Below are positions 9,719-19,099 of a stretch of DNA of 64,000 nucleotides, piece after piece. Location: the NCBI GenBank assembly GCA_934481515.1, contig CAKSPO010000004.1:2661-66660 (forward strand). Reading direction: 5' to 3'. The notes below the pieces were generated by a model. The model was not told the DNA's origin, made no database searches, and saw only the letters and a list, made by a program, of their open reading frames with translations. The translations under genes were made by a program, and so were the position numbers. Origin of the DNA: an uncultured Eubacteriales bacterium. Lineage in GTDB: Bacteria > Bacillota > Clostridia > Oscillospirales > CAG-272. Within the stretch, counting starts at the first letter, position 1. Each line of letters opens with the position of its first letter.

Positions 9719-9757
9719 CTATGGTAAAATTGTAGATGTATATCTATTTTACCATAG
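9719..9757. terminator. perfect 12-bp inverted repeat, probable (bidirectional) terminator of the ruvAB transcript
   Basis: ctatggtaaaat (9719-9730) and attttaccatag (9746-9757) with a 15-nt loop. On the minus strand it is followed after 4 nt by TTTTTGTT. On the plus strand it is followed after 7 nt by TTTTTT. Confidence 0.45.
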
Positions 9758-9857
9758 AAGGCTCTTTTTTCAATTGTCCGTTTTTAACGGACTTGTGCAA
9801 AGCCGCAGGGGATTTTCTGATTCTGTTTCGCAGGCGGGCAAAGAGGCGTGTCGGTTA

Positions 9858-10943
9858 TCAGTTGTTCCTATCTTCATCTGCACCGTCAAAGAGACGGATC
9901 TGGTCGTCCGGCTTTCCGGAAGCCGGAGCGCGGTAGGGAAGCCCCAGATGCTCATACGCCAGATGTGTGACGCATCTTCCGCGGGGCGTACGGCTCAGAA
10001 ATCCGATCTGCATCAGATACGGCTCATACATGTCCTCCAGCGTTACCGCTTCTTCTCCCACCGTCGCGGCAAGCGTTTCCAGACCGACAGGACCTCCGTT
10101 GTAGAATTTGATGATGGTTTCCAGCATCCGGCGGTCAATGTTGTCCAGACCCAGCCGGTCAATCTCTAACTTATTGAGCGCATAATTGGCAATTTCGGAA
10201 TCGATCACACCGTTCCCGACCACCTGCGCAAAATCCCGCACCCGCTTGAGCAACCGGTTTGCAATCCGGGGAGTTCCGCGGGAACGTCCGGCAAGCTCAA
10301 ACGCGCCGTCCTCCGAAATCTCCATTCCGAGAATATCCGCACTGCGGCGGACAATGGTTGCAAGCTCTTCGGGCGTATAGAGCTCCAGCTTCAGAATCAC
10401 ACCGAAACGGTCGCGCAGCGGGGTAGTCATCTGCCCGGCACGTGTCGTTGCCCCGACCAGGGTAAAGCGCGGCAGATCAATCCGGATGCTGCGGGCGGCG
10501 GGACCTTTTCCGATGATGATATCCAGCGCATAGTCCTCCATTGCCGGATAAAGAATCTCTTCTACCGAACGGGAGAGCCGGTGAATTTCGTCGATGAAGA
10601 GCACGTCTCCCTCATTCAGATTGGTCAGAATGGCGGCAAGATCGCCCTGCTTTTCGATGGCGGGACCGGAGGTGATCCGGATATTGACGCCCATTTCCGC
10701 GGCGATAATGTTGGAAAGCGTGGTTTTTCCGAGACCGGGAGGACCGTAAAGCAGAACATGATCCAACGGGTCATTTCGCTTTTTTGCCGCTTCGATATAG
10801 ACCTTCAGATTTTCCTTGACTTTTTCCTGACCGATGTATTCGGAAAGGTGCTTCGGGCGCAGGGAGGCTTCCACATCGGAGTCTTCCGCACTATAGCCGG
10901 TGTTCATGATCCGGTTTTCAAAATCAAATTCATTGGTATCCAT
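9858..10943 (-). CDS. ruvB: Holliday junction branch migration helicase RuvB
   Basis: Walker [10 protein letters not shown], Walker B LFIDEIH, typical RuvB N- and C-terminal domains. Confidence 0.95.
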   Translation of the reverse strand: MDTNEFDFENRIMNTGYSAEDSDVEASLRPKHLSEYIGQEKVKENLKVYIEAAKKRNDPLDHVLLYGPPGLGKTTLSNIIAAEMGVNIRITSGPAIEKQGDLAAILTNLNEGDVLFIDEIHRLSRSVEEILYPAMEDYALDIIIGKGPAARSIRIDLPRFTLVGATTRAGQMTTPLRDRFGVILKLELYTPEELATIVRRSADILGMEISEDGAFELAGRSRGTPRIANRLLKRVRDFAQVVGNGVIDSEIANYALNKLEIDRLGLDNIDRRMLETIIKFYNGGPVGLETLAATVGEEAVTLEDMYEPYLMQIGFLSRTPRGRCVTHLAYEHLGLPYRAPASGKPDDQIRLFDGADEDRNN

Positions 10944-10963
10944 TGCACTACCTCACAGAACAA

Positions 10964-11593
10964 TCAGCTGCGCATCAGTTTTTTCAGAGCACAGCGGATG
11001 ATTTCCTCCAGCTCCATTCCGGAAAACGCCGGGTCATTCAGTACCGCGGCGGCATCCTGACGGGAATAGCCGAGCACCAGAAGCGCGTCCGTTGCTTCCG
11101 CAAGCTTTGATTTTCCGCCGGTCGGCTTTCCGGTTTCCGCCGGAACGGAAAGTTCGGTCAGATCGTCTGCATGCTCCTTCATCAGCTTGTCCTTCAGCTC
11201 CAGAATCATTCGCGCAGCGGTTTTCGGACCGATTCCGTTGGCTTTTGAAATGGTCTTTTTGTCGTCCGTACAAACGGCAAGTGCAAATTTTTCCGGTGTC
11301 AGGTAAGAGAGTACCGACATTGCCGCCTTCGGTCCCACGCCGGAAACGGAAATCAGCATACGGAAGGTGGAAAGCTCCGTTTCGGTCGCGAAGCCGAACA
11401 GTTCGATCCCGTCCTCCCGAACCGCCAGATACGTAAAAAGCTTCACAAAGGGCGGCTCCTTGCCCCCCCGGCAGGGGGGCATTGCGTCATAGGTGGTGTC
11501 GCTGATGGTCAGCCGGTAGCCCACCCCTCCGGCATCCACCACCGCCGTGCCGGATTCCAGCAAAGCCAGTTTTCCGCTGATATAGTAATACAT
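10964..11593 (-). CDS. ruvA: Holliday junction DNA-binding protein RuvA
   Basis: MYYYISGKL start, HhH motifs GVGPKAA and GIGPKTA, C-terminal domain III. Confidence 0.93.
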   Translation of the reverse strand: MYYYISGKLALLESGTAVVDAGGVGYRLTISDTTYDAMPPCRGGKEPPFVKLFTYLAVREDGIELFGFATETELSTFRMLISVSGVGPKAAMSVLSYLTPEKFALAVCTDDKKTISKANGIGPKTAARMILELKDKLMKEHADDLTELSVPAETGKPTGGKSKLAEATDALLVLGYSRQDAAAVLNDPAFSGMELEEIIRCALKKLMRS

Positions 11594-11598
11594 AAACG

Positions 11599-14500
11599 TT
11601 ATTGATCCTTTCTTTGATCGGAGGGAAGAGGTACCCGGAACCGGATTTTCTCTTCCTTTTTCGGTGCATCCGCTTGATTTTCCGCCACCCTTTCCCCGGA
11701 TGCCGGAAGCTCCGGAGGCGGAAGCTGTGCATCATTCTTTTCTGCGGCAACCGGTGCGGCGGTCGGAACGGTATCCGTTCGGCTTTCCGGAATTCCGACC
11801 ACGGAGCGGAGAACGGGAACCTTCTTACAGAACCGTTCCGCCGGAATCAGAAGCAGGAACAGGAGAAGGAACAGTCCGGAGACAATTGCTCCGAAGGTCA
11901 GAATCGGCGGATTGTAGCTCATCCGGACGGTATGGGTCTCTCCGGCTTCGCCGTCAACACGGAAGGAGATCAGCGCACCGAGCGCTTTCTGAATTTCCAC
12001 TTTTTCTCCGTCCACAAAGACGCTCCAGCCGGTATCATAGGGAATCGTTGTCAAAACCAGTTCATTTCCCTGCGATGCAGTAAAGGTACCGTCAAAGGAG
12101 TGCTCCGTATAGGACGTAATTTGGTACTGATCCTTGGCGAGACGCGCCATAGCGTCGCGGAACACGTCCATGTCCAGGTAATAGAAGCATTCCGCATCGG
12201 AGAGATAATAAAAATTGGTTCCGGTCAGCGTCATATCCAGGGTCAGCTTTTCTCCGGCTTTCTGCATTCCGAGAGAAATGATCCGCTGTGTTTCGCCGCC
12301 ATTGAAGGTGCCCATCTGTGCGGTCGTACCGCTTTTGGTCAGGGAAAGCTTGACCTCCCGCGGATAGTTGGTGGGAAGATAGAAGAACAGTTCTCCGTCA
12401 ACCGGCATTTCCGTACGATAGGTGAGAATGCCGGGGGAGGCGGAATTGACCTGCGTGTAGCCCTCTTCTCCGCCGGAATAATACCCCTTGCGGAGGTTTT
12501 CCGCCGAGGTTCCGGTAACCCTGACCGGAACAAACAGCCGGACCGTTTCCTCTTCGCCGAGCATTGCCGTAACGATGGCGTTCAGACGTTCAAAGGGAGA
12601 GCTGTAAAGATCCGTATATTCTTCACCGGTGGATTCCTGAATGCGGAGCCAGTCGTTCAGCTTTTCCTTCAGGGAAGCAACAAAGCCTGCCATTGCACCG
12701 GTATCCGTTTTTTCTCCGGTTCCTTCTCTGTAGCCGAGCGGAAAGTCCGCCAGACGGTCGCTCACTCCGTAAGCAATGGAAAGCGCATAGGGGTTGTAAT
12801 AGGCGGTATAACCGGTTTCCGGGTCGGTGAGGTATACCTCGTAGTAGTTTGCGTAAATCCCGTTGTCGGAAAGAATATATTTCAGTCCGAGGAGGGAATC
12901 ATTGACCGGTGTTCCGCCGAGGTATTTGGACGAATGGGATTTGGAGCAGTAGCCCATCTTCTGAAGGAACTGCACGGTTTCCCGGTTGAGAGTGGAAGTA
13001 GAGCCGGAGAGACCGCGGATGTTCAGCGCCATGTTGTCATTGACCTTCCGGAAGAAGGTTTTCTCCATCCGGTAAAAGGAAGGATCCGATTCCTGCACCA
13101 TTTCCGTAATGGGGCGTGCTTTTTTCAGAAAATCGCTGTAGTAGCTGTGCCGCGTGTAGGTCACATCCATGTCCAGTGCGTTGATGCAGAACAGTCCGTT
13201 GAGGAACAACTCCAACGCTACCACGGTCACCAGCGTGACAGAAACCACCTGACGGTTGCGCGAGAGCCGGGAAGCACCGAAAACGGCAAGGTAAACAAAA
13301 AGCAGAATCAACGTGAAGAAAATACAGGTATAGTCGTTCGGAGCTCCTTTTTCGTCGCCGGAAACCGCCTGTAAAAATACGCAGAACAGACCGATAAACC
13401 CGGCAACCGTCATCAGATGCCGTACCGGAATGCGTTCATAGTCCGCGAACGCGCGACAGGCAAGCACGCAAAGGTAGAAGCAGAGCATGAAGCTGTAACG
13501 GTAATTCAGCCAGTTCGGACGCTGGAACCCGTGCCAGATCAGGTCCGGAACGCTGAAGAAGAACCCGAAAACGAAAAACAGAATCAGGAGAACCGAAAAG
13601 ACCTTCTGCCGGATCGGATATTTTTTGGAGAGAAAATAGAACGGCAGGAAGAGCAGCGTCGGGAGTCCGCAATAGACAAACGGCAAGCCTTCCGGACGAA
13701 CCGTATCATAGGAGCCGGGCAGGAGTTTGTAAAGCAGATCCTTGATGTCCATTTTCAGCGTCCACGACCAGTCCGGAGAGGAAAACGTCGTTTTTCCGAA
13801 GTTCAGGGAGTAGTAGGCGCCAAGGAGCAGAACGGCGGAAATACCGACCGCAATTACCGAATACAGTCCCGTCCGCAAAAGCGATTTCAGAAAATGAAGC
13901 TTTTCCCCAAGCGGATTGTTTCTGCCGTTTTCGTTGTGTGCGAAGTAATAAATGAAAAAGTAGAAAAAACAGTAGATGCAGACCATGTAGCCGATATAGA
14001 AATTGGACAGAAGAGTCAACGCCAGAAAAGCGGTATACATCCGGAATTTTCCGTACTTGATCAGCGACTCCATTCCGAGCGTAATCAGAGGAAGCCACAT
14101 CACCGCGTCGATCCACATGATGTTGTTCTGCTGGACTACGGCGTACGCAGAGAGTGCGTAAAAGGACGAAAACAGAATGATCGCCAGCCTGTTCCGGTCG
14201 GCACCGGTGTTTTTGTGCATATAGTAGCCGAAGGTTCCGCCGCACAGCGCGGTTTTTACCAGAAACAGAAAGAGCAGTGCCTCCTGCATCATGTTCTGCG
14301 GGAAAAGGCAAACCAGATAGGAAAGGGGACTCGCAAGATAATAGGCATAAATGCCGATGAATTCACCGCCCAGTGCGCGGGAAAAAGAATAGAGCAGAGA
14401 AGCGTCTCCGTGAACGGCGTTCCGCAGCGCTTCAAAGAACCAGACATACTGACCGTTCAGATCCAACACCAGAACGGTTCCGTCGCCGATGGGGTACTGC

Positions 14501-14637
14501 CCTCTGGCAAAATAGATCAGCGCCATGATGACTGCCGGAATCAGCATGCAGAGCCATAAATATTTTTTGTCACTCTTCCTTTCGGTCGGTGCAGGAGCCG
14601 GCTCCTTCTCCGGAACGGCAGTGTGGGTTGTCGTCAT
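11599..14637 (-). CDS. YfhO family membrane glycosyltransferase-like protein
   Basis: Multi-TM N-terminal half (YPIGDGTVLVLDLNGQYVWFFEAL...), a large extracytoplasmic domain, and a terminal TM plus Pro/acidic tail. Start set at ATG 14637 (MTTTHTAV) with an AAAGGAAA Shine-Dalgarno sequence. The supplied 1264-aa ORF runs antisense through ruvC. Confidence 0.8.
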   Translation of the reverse strand: MTTTHTAVPEKEPAPAPTERKSDKKYLWLCMLIPAVIMALIYFARGQYPIGDGTVLVLDLNGQYVWFFEALRNAVHGDASLLYSFSRALGGEFIGIYAYYLASPLSYLVCLFPQNMMQEALLFLFLVKTALCGGTFGYYMHKNTGADRNRLAIILFSSFYALSAYAVVQQNNIMWIDAVMWLPLITLGMESLIKYGKFRMYTAFLALTLLSNFYIGYMVCIYCFFYFFIYYFAHNENGRNNPLGEKLHFLKSLLRTGLYSVIAVGISAVLLLGAYYSLNFGKTTFSSPDWSWTLKMDIKDLLYKLLPGSYDTVRPEGLPFVYCGLPTLLFLPFYFLSKKYPIRQKVFSVLLILFFVFGFFFSVPDLIWHGFQRPNWLNYRYSFMLCFYLCVLACRAFADYERIPVRHLMTVAGFIGLFCVFLQAVSGDEKGAPNDYTCIFFTLILLFVYLAVFGASRLSRNRQVVSVTLVTVVALELFLNGLFCINALDMDVTYTRHSYYSDFLKKARPITEMVQESDPSFYRMEKTFFRKVNDNMALNIRGLSGSTSTLNRETVQFLQKMGYCSKSHSSKYLGGTPVNDSLLGLKYILSDNGIYANYYEVYLTDPETGYTAYYNPYALSIAYGVSDRLADFPLGYREGTGEKTDTGAMAGFVASLKEKLNDWLRIQESTGEEYTDLYSSPFERLNAIVTAMLGEEETVRLFVPVRVTGTSAENLRKGYYSGGEEGYTQVNSASPGILTYRTEMPVDGELFFYLPTNYPREVKLSLTKSGTTAQMGTFNGGETQRIISLGMQKAGEKLTLDMTLTGTNFYYLSDAECFYYLDMDVFRDAMARLAKDQYQITSYTEHSFDGTFTASQGNELVLTTIPYDTGWSVFVDGEKVEIQKALGALISFRVDGEAGETHTVRMSYNPPILTFGAIVSGLFLLLFLLLIPAERFCKKVPVLRSVVGIPESRTDTVPTAAPVAAEKNDAQLPPPELPASGERVAENQADAPKKEEKIRFRVPLPSDQRKDQ

Positions 14638-14788
14638 AAGATCGGTTTCCTTTCTTTGCAGCTGAAAAACAGATATGTACATGCGGATGCGATTTTTTCG
14701 GTTTGGCAGGGGGAGCAGATTAAAGGCATCGCCTTTTCCGGTGAATGGAAGTTTCATACCCGGAAGCCCCACCCCGCAAATTACGTAT

Positions 14789-14817
14789 ATTATATCATAA
14801 AAAAGACTTTCTGTAAA
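14789..14817 (-). promoter_or_regulatory. sigma-70-type promoter of yfhO-ruvAB
   Basis: On the minus strand: TTTACA (14817-14812), 17 nt, TGaTATAAT (-10 at 14794-14789). Confidence 0.6.
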
Positions 14818-14867
14818 CCATAAAACTGTATTTTTGGACGGATTTTCCCAAAAAAGAAAATATCCGT

Positions 14868-14896
14868 TTGACTTCGTTCGAAAAACGTGATATAAT
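14868..14896 (+). promoter_or_regulatory. sigma-70-type promoter of ruvC
   Basis: TTGACT (14868-14873), 17 nt, TATAAT (14891-14896). Confidence 0.65.
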
Positions 14897-14934
14897 TTAA
14901 TATGGAGTTTTATGTAAACCGGAGGAAGCACAGC

Positions 14935-15435
14935 GTGATTATTCTCGGAATTGATCCCGGTCTTGCCATTGTCGGATGGGGCGTTATCGAATATCAGGGA
15001 ACCGGGTTCCGCACACTCGGCTACGGTTCCGTACAGACCCCTGCCGGAATGCGGACGGAAGCGCGTCTCAAGGCAATCTACGACGGCGTTTCGGAGCTGA
15101 TCGCCACTTACCGTCCGGAGGTCATGGCGGTGGAGGAGCTGTTCTTCAACACCAATATTACCACCGGCATCCGGGTGGCGGAAGCCCGCGGCGTCATTCT
15201 GCTTGCGGCGGAGCGTGCCGGGATTTCCGTTGAGGAATATACGCCGCTTCAGGTCAAGCAGGCGGTGGTCGGATACGGAAGAGCCGAAAAAAAGCAGGTT
15301 ATCACCATGGTAACCATGCTCCTTTCCCTGAAAGCGCCGCCCAAGCCGGACGATACGGCGGATGCGCTTGCTATTGCGGTGTGCCACGCGCATACCGGCG
15401 GCTCCCGCCTTGCGGCATATTATAACAAAAAATAA
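14935..15435 (+). CDS. ruvC: crossover junction endodeoxyribonuclease RuvC
   Basis: ILGIDPGLAIVGWG and DAADALAIAVCH. Start set at GTG 14935, 8 nt after GGAGGA at 14921-14926. The ATG at 14902 would lie at or upstream of the predicted transcription start. Confidence 0.9.
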   Translation: MIILGIDPGLAIVGWGVIEYQGTGFRTLGYGSVQTPAGMRTEARLKAIYDGVSELIATYRPEVMAVEELFFNTNITTGIRVAEARGVILLAAERAGISVEEYTPLQVKQAVVGYGRAEKKQVITMVTMLLSLKAPPKPDDTADALAIAVCHAHTGGSRLAAYYNKK

Positions 15436-15473
15436 AGACGGTAAAAGTCTTTTTGTAAAGGAAGAATACCGAT

Positions 15474-16340
15474 ATGTGGTTTTCCGATCAATGGAACGAT
15501 TATGAATTGCTGGATACCTCCGACGGAGAGCGGCTTGAACGATGGGGAAATCTGATCCTGATCCGCCCGGATCCCCAGATTATCTGGAAAAACGTCGCCA
15601 CCCATCCCGCATGGAAGCACGCGGACGGAATTTACCGGCGCTCCAAGACCGGGGGCGGCGGATGGGTCAGAAATCATCTGCCGGAGTCATGGAATGTCAA
15701 ATACGGAAATCTGACGTTTGTTCTGCGCCCGATGGGTTTCAAACACACAGGACTTTTCCCGGAGCAGGCAGCAAACTGGGATTGGTTTTCCGGTCTGATC
15801 CGGCAGGCAGACAGACCTGTCCGGGTGCTGAATCTGTTCGCCTACACCGGCGGCGCGACGGTTGCCGCAGCGGCGGCAGGTGCTTCTGTTGTTCATGTGG
15901 ACGCGGCAAAGGGAATGGTGGCACAGGCGAAGGAGAACGCCGCACTCTCCGGACTTTCCGATGCTCCCATCCGCTATATCGTGGATGACTGCAAGAAATT
16001 TGTCGAACGGGAACTGCGGCGCGGAAACGTTTATGACGGAATCATCATGGATCCTCCTTCCTACGGTCGGGGACCGGGCGGCGAGGTATGGAAGCTGGAG
16101 GACAGCGTGGACGAACTGATTACGCTTGCGGCACGCCTCCTTTCCGATCACCCGCTGTTTTTCCTTGTGAATTCCTATACTACGGGGCTTTCTCCGCTTA
16201 CCATGAGCTATTTGCTGGAACTGAAGGTGCGAAAGAAATTCGGCGGTGCGGTGGAGTCCGGAGAACTCGGACTTCCGGTGACGGCGACCGGTGCGTTTCT
16301 GCCGTGCGGAGCCAGCTCCCGCTGGTATGCGGAATCCTGA
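15474..16340 (+). CDS. class I SAM-dependent methyltransferase (RlmI/RlmK-like catalytic domain, no PUA)
   Basis: SAM-binding LNLFAYTGG and catalytic IIMDPPSYGRG. Confidence 0.75.
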   Translation: MWFSDQWNDYELLDTSDGERLERWGNLILIRPDPQIIWKNVATHPAWKHADGIYRRSKTGGGGWVRNHLPESWNVKYGNLTFVLRPMGFKHTGLFPEQAANWDWFSGLIRQADRPVRVLNLFAYTGGATVAAAAAGASVVHVDAAKGMVAQAKENAALSGLSDAPIRYIVDDCKKFVERELRRGNVYDGIIMDPPSYGRGPGGEVWKLEDSVDELITLAARLLSDHPLFFLVNSYTTGLSPLTMSYLLELKVRKKFGGAVESGELGLPVTATGAFLPCGASSRWYAES

Positions 16341-16388
16341 ATTGTCTGGATTTTGTGAATTTTTCTGCGTGAAAGGAATTGAAAAAAG

Positions 16389-17282
16389 TTGTCTGAAGTA
16401 TTTATTCATGCCGATCGGCTGACATATTCCTACGGAGAGGGCGAAAACGATCCGGATCGGCAGGCTCTGCGGGGCGTGAGCACGGAAATCCGCCGAGGAG
16501 AATACGTGGCGGTGCTGGGACATAACGGTTCCGGAAAGTCCACCTTCGCAAAGCTGCTGAACCTGATACTGGAGCCGTCCGGAGGAGCATTGACGGTCAA
16601 CGGGCTGGATCTGACGCGGAAGGATCTTACCGATGAAGAAATTCTGAATCTTCGCCGGAATGTCGGGATGGTGTTTCAGAACCCCGATAACCAGCTGGTA
16701 GCGACCATTGTGGAACAGGATGTGGCATTCGGACCGGAAAACCTCGGAATTGAGCGCGCGGAGCTGCGCCGGCGGGTGGATGAAGCGTTGCAGATTGTCG
16801 GGATGACCGAATATGCCGGGCAGGAGCCGCACCGGCTCTCCGGAGGACAGAAGCAGAGAGTCGCCATTGCCGGAGTGCTTGCCATGCGCCCGCAGTGCAT
16901 TATTCTGGACGAATCCACGGCAATGCTGGATCCCAGCGGGCGGCGGGAGGTTCTGGAGACCGTGCGCCGGTTGAACCGGGAGTACGGAATGACGGTACTG
17001 AATATCACCCATTATATGAACGAGGCGGCAGAGGCGGAGCGGATTCTGGTCATGAACGACGGACAAATCCTTTTGGACGGTACCCCGGACAGGGTCTTTT
17101 CCGAGCGGGAGCTGCTTTTGCGCGTCGGACTGGAGGTGCCGCAGTGCGCGGAACTGATTTACCGCCTGCAGAAGGCGGGAATCGCAATGGACGGAGACGG
17201 CATTTCCGACCCGGAGCGCTGTGCCGACCGGATTACGGCGGCATACCGGAAGGTCGCGAAGGGAGGGATCGACGGTGAGTGA
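16389..17282 (+). CDS. ecfA1: ECF transporter ATPase component EcfA1
   Basis: Walker A GHNGSGKST, signature LSGGQKQR, Walker B IILDEST. TTG start. Confidence 0.9.
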   Translation: MSEVFIHADRLTYSYGEGENDPDRQALRGVSTEIRRGEYVAVLGHNGSGKSTFAKLLNLILEPSGGALTVNGLDLTRKDLTDEEILNLRRNVGMVFQNPDNQLVATIVEQDVAFGPENLGIERAELRRRVDEALQIVGMTEYAGQEPHRLSGGQKQRVAIAGVLAMRPQCIILDESTAMLDPSGRREVLETVRRLNREYGMTVLNITHYMNEAAEAERILVMNDGQILLDGTPDRVFSERELLLRVGLEVPQCAELIYRLQKAGIAMDGDGISDPERCADRITAAYRKVAKGGIDGE

Positions 17283-18273
17283 AGCCGTAAAGGAAGAAAA
17301 TATAACCGGAAATCCCGCACAGGAGAAGCTCCGGCTGGAAAATGTCCGGTTTGTCTATCAGCCGGGAACGGCGTTTGAGCAGGTGGCTCTGGATGATGTG
17401 ACCGTCGGCATCCGCAGCGGCTGTATTACCGGAATCATCGGGCACACCGGTTCCGGAAAGTCTACCATGATGCAGCTGCTCAACGGGTTGGCGGCGCCGA
17501 GTAACGGAAAGATTTTTCTGGACGGAACCGACATCAACTGCCGCCCGGAGGATGTATTTGAAGCCTGGCGGAAGCTTCCGCCTTACAACGGATTGACGGC
17601 ACGGAAAGCAAAAAAAGCAATCACCGCGCAGGTTCGCAAAAACCGGCGGGAGCTGTGCTTCCGCGTGGGACTGGTCATGCAGTACCCGGAATATCAGCTG
17701 TTTGAGGAAACAGTGGAAAAGGACATTGCCTTCGGACCGCGCAACATGAATCTCGTCGAGGAGGAAATCCGCGAACGGGTCATAGAGGCAGCGGGCTTTA
17801 CCGGTATCGGCGAGGAGCTGTTGCAGAAATCGCCGTTTGACCTTTCCGGCGGACAAAAGCGCCGCGTCGCACTGGCAGGAGTCATTGCCATGCGACCGGA
17901 GGTGCTGGTGCTGGATGAACCGGCAGCAGGGCTGGATCCCGCCGGAAGGACCCATATTTTTGACGGAATCCGGGAATATCAGCGTACCACCGGTTCCACA
18001 GTGCTGATTGTCAGTCACAGCATGGAGGATATGGCAAAATACTGCGATCGCGTGATCGTAATGGCGAACGCGAAGGTTCTGCGGCAGGGAAGCCGGGAAG
18101 AGGTCTTTTCCCACGTCGGGGAATTGGCGGAAACCGGACTGGACGTTCCGCAGATCACCCGGCTGATGAAGCTTTTGCGGAATCGTGGGGTTCCGGTGCC
18201 GGAAAACCTGTATACGGTGGACGAGGCGGAGAGCGCACTTGTCCGGCTCTTCCGGAAGGAGGCGGCGAAATGA
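17275..18273 (+). CDS. ecfA2: ECF transporter ATPase component EcfA2
   Basis: GHTGSGKST, LSGGQKRR and LVLDEPAAGLD. Start set at GTG 17275, after GGGAGGG at 17261-17267. Confidence 0.9.
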   Translation: MSEAVKEENITGNPAQEKLRLENVRFVYQPGTAFEQVALDDVTVGIRSGCITGIIGHTGSGKSTMMQLLNGLAAPSNGKIFLDGTDINCRPEDVFEAWRKLPPYNGLTARKAKKAITAQVRKNRRELCFRVGLVMQYPEYQLFEETVEKDIAFGPRNMNLVEEEIRERVIEAAGFTGIGEELLQKSPFDLSGGQKRRVALAGVIAMRPEVLVLDEPAAGLDPAGRTHIFDGIREYQRTTGSTVLIVSHSMEDMAKYCDRVIVMANAKVLRQGSREEVFSHVGELAETGLDVPQITRLMKLLRNRGVPVPENLYTVDEAESALVRLFRKEAAK

Positions 18274-19094
18274 AAGGCGTTTCCTTCGGACAGTACTATC
18301 CGGCGGATTCCGTCGTTCACCGGCTGGATCCCAGAATCAAAATCGTCATGTCCGTTCTGTATATTGTCTGCACATTTTTGTGCAAAAGTCTTACCGGGTT
18401 TGCGGTTCTGACCGTGTCGGCGCTGTTCCTGATTGTTCTGAGCCGGATTCCGGTCCGGATCGTTCTTCGCTCCCTCCGGCCGCTTCTGTTTATCATCGCA
18501 TTTACCTTTGTCATCAACATTTTCTGGAGCAGAGGAGAGCATCTGCTGACCCCGGAAAGCTGGAAAATCCGGATTTATGCGGAAGGGCTCTGGAATTCAT
18601 TGTTCATGTTCCTGCGGATTTTTTCTCTGATTACAGGGACCGGAATTTTTCTGACATATACCACAACGCCGATGGATCTGACCGACGCGCTGGAATCTCT
18701 TCTGACCCCGCTGAAGCTGCTGCATGTCCCGGTGCATACTTTTGCCATGATGATGTCGATCACCCTGCGCTTCATCCCGACACTGACGGAAGAGACCGAA
18801 AAAATCATGAACGCGCAAAAGGCACGCGGTGCCGGGTTTACGGAAGGGGGACTTGTCAAACGGGCAAAGGCACTGCTTCCCGTGCTGATTCCGCTGTTTT
18901 TTTCCGCCATCAACCGCGCACTGGAGCTGGCAAACGCCATGGAATGCCGGTGCTATCACGGAGGAGAGGGAAGAACACGCCTCAAGGCACTGACCTGCCG
19001 TCCGAAGGATATTGCGGCACTGATTCTGCTGGTCGGGTTCGGCATCGGGCTGGTGTTTCTGAACCGGATCGGCTTCGGATATGTAATGAAATAA
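18270..19094 (+). CDS. ecfT: ECF transporter transmembrane component EcfT
   Basis: CbiQ/EcfT-like multi-TM protein with the conserved AQKARG region. ATGA overlap with ecfA2. Confidence 0.9.
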   Translation: MKGVSFGQYYPADSVVHRLDPRIKIVMSVLYIVCTFLCKSLTGFAVLTVSALFLIVLSRIPVRIVLRSLRPLLFIIAFTFVINIFWSRGEHLLTPESWKIRIYAEGLWNSLFMFLRIFSLITGTGIFLTYTTTPMDLTDALESLLTPLKLLHVPVHTFAMMMSITLRFIPTLTEETEKIMNAQKARGAGFTEGGLVKRAKALLPVLIPLFFSAINRALELANAMECRCYHGGEGRTRLKALTCRPKDIAALILLVGFGIGLVFLNRIGFGYVMK

Positions 19095-19099
19095 ATAAT

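Noticed and set aside
9358-9735. A 125-aa plus-strand ORF downstream of the orphan promoter.
   Set aside because: It has a TTG start without a Shine-Dalgarno sequence. It is the antisense of the IS3 fragment, and its translation has no recognisable features.
14775-14800. An AT-rich segment (…aaattacgtatattatatcataaaa…) considered as a dif or oriC-like site.
   Set aside because: It does not match the Bacillota dif consensus, no DnaA-box clusters are nearby, and it is explained by the yfhO promoter -10 region.
14638-15393. The N-terminal 252 codons of the supplied 1264-aa ORF 11599..15393.
   Set aside because: This part runs antisense through ruvC and the divergent promoter region. The YfhO-like sequence, a Shine-Dalgarno sequence and a promoter all support a start at 14637.
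18185-19099. The 5' two-thirds of the supplied 569-aa ORF 18185..19894.
   Set aside because: It is an out-of-frame read-through across ecfT with a Pro/Arg/Ser-rich nonsense translation. Only the TruA part from ATG 19100 is credible.
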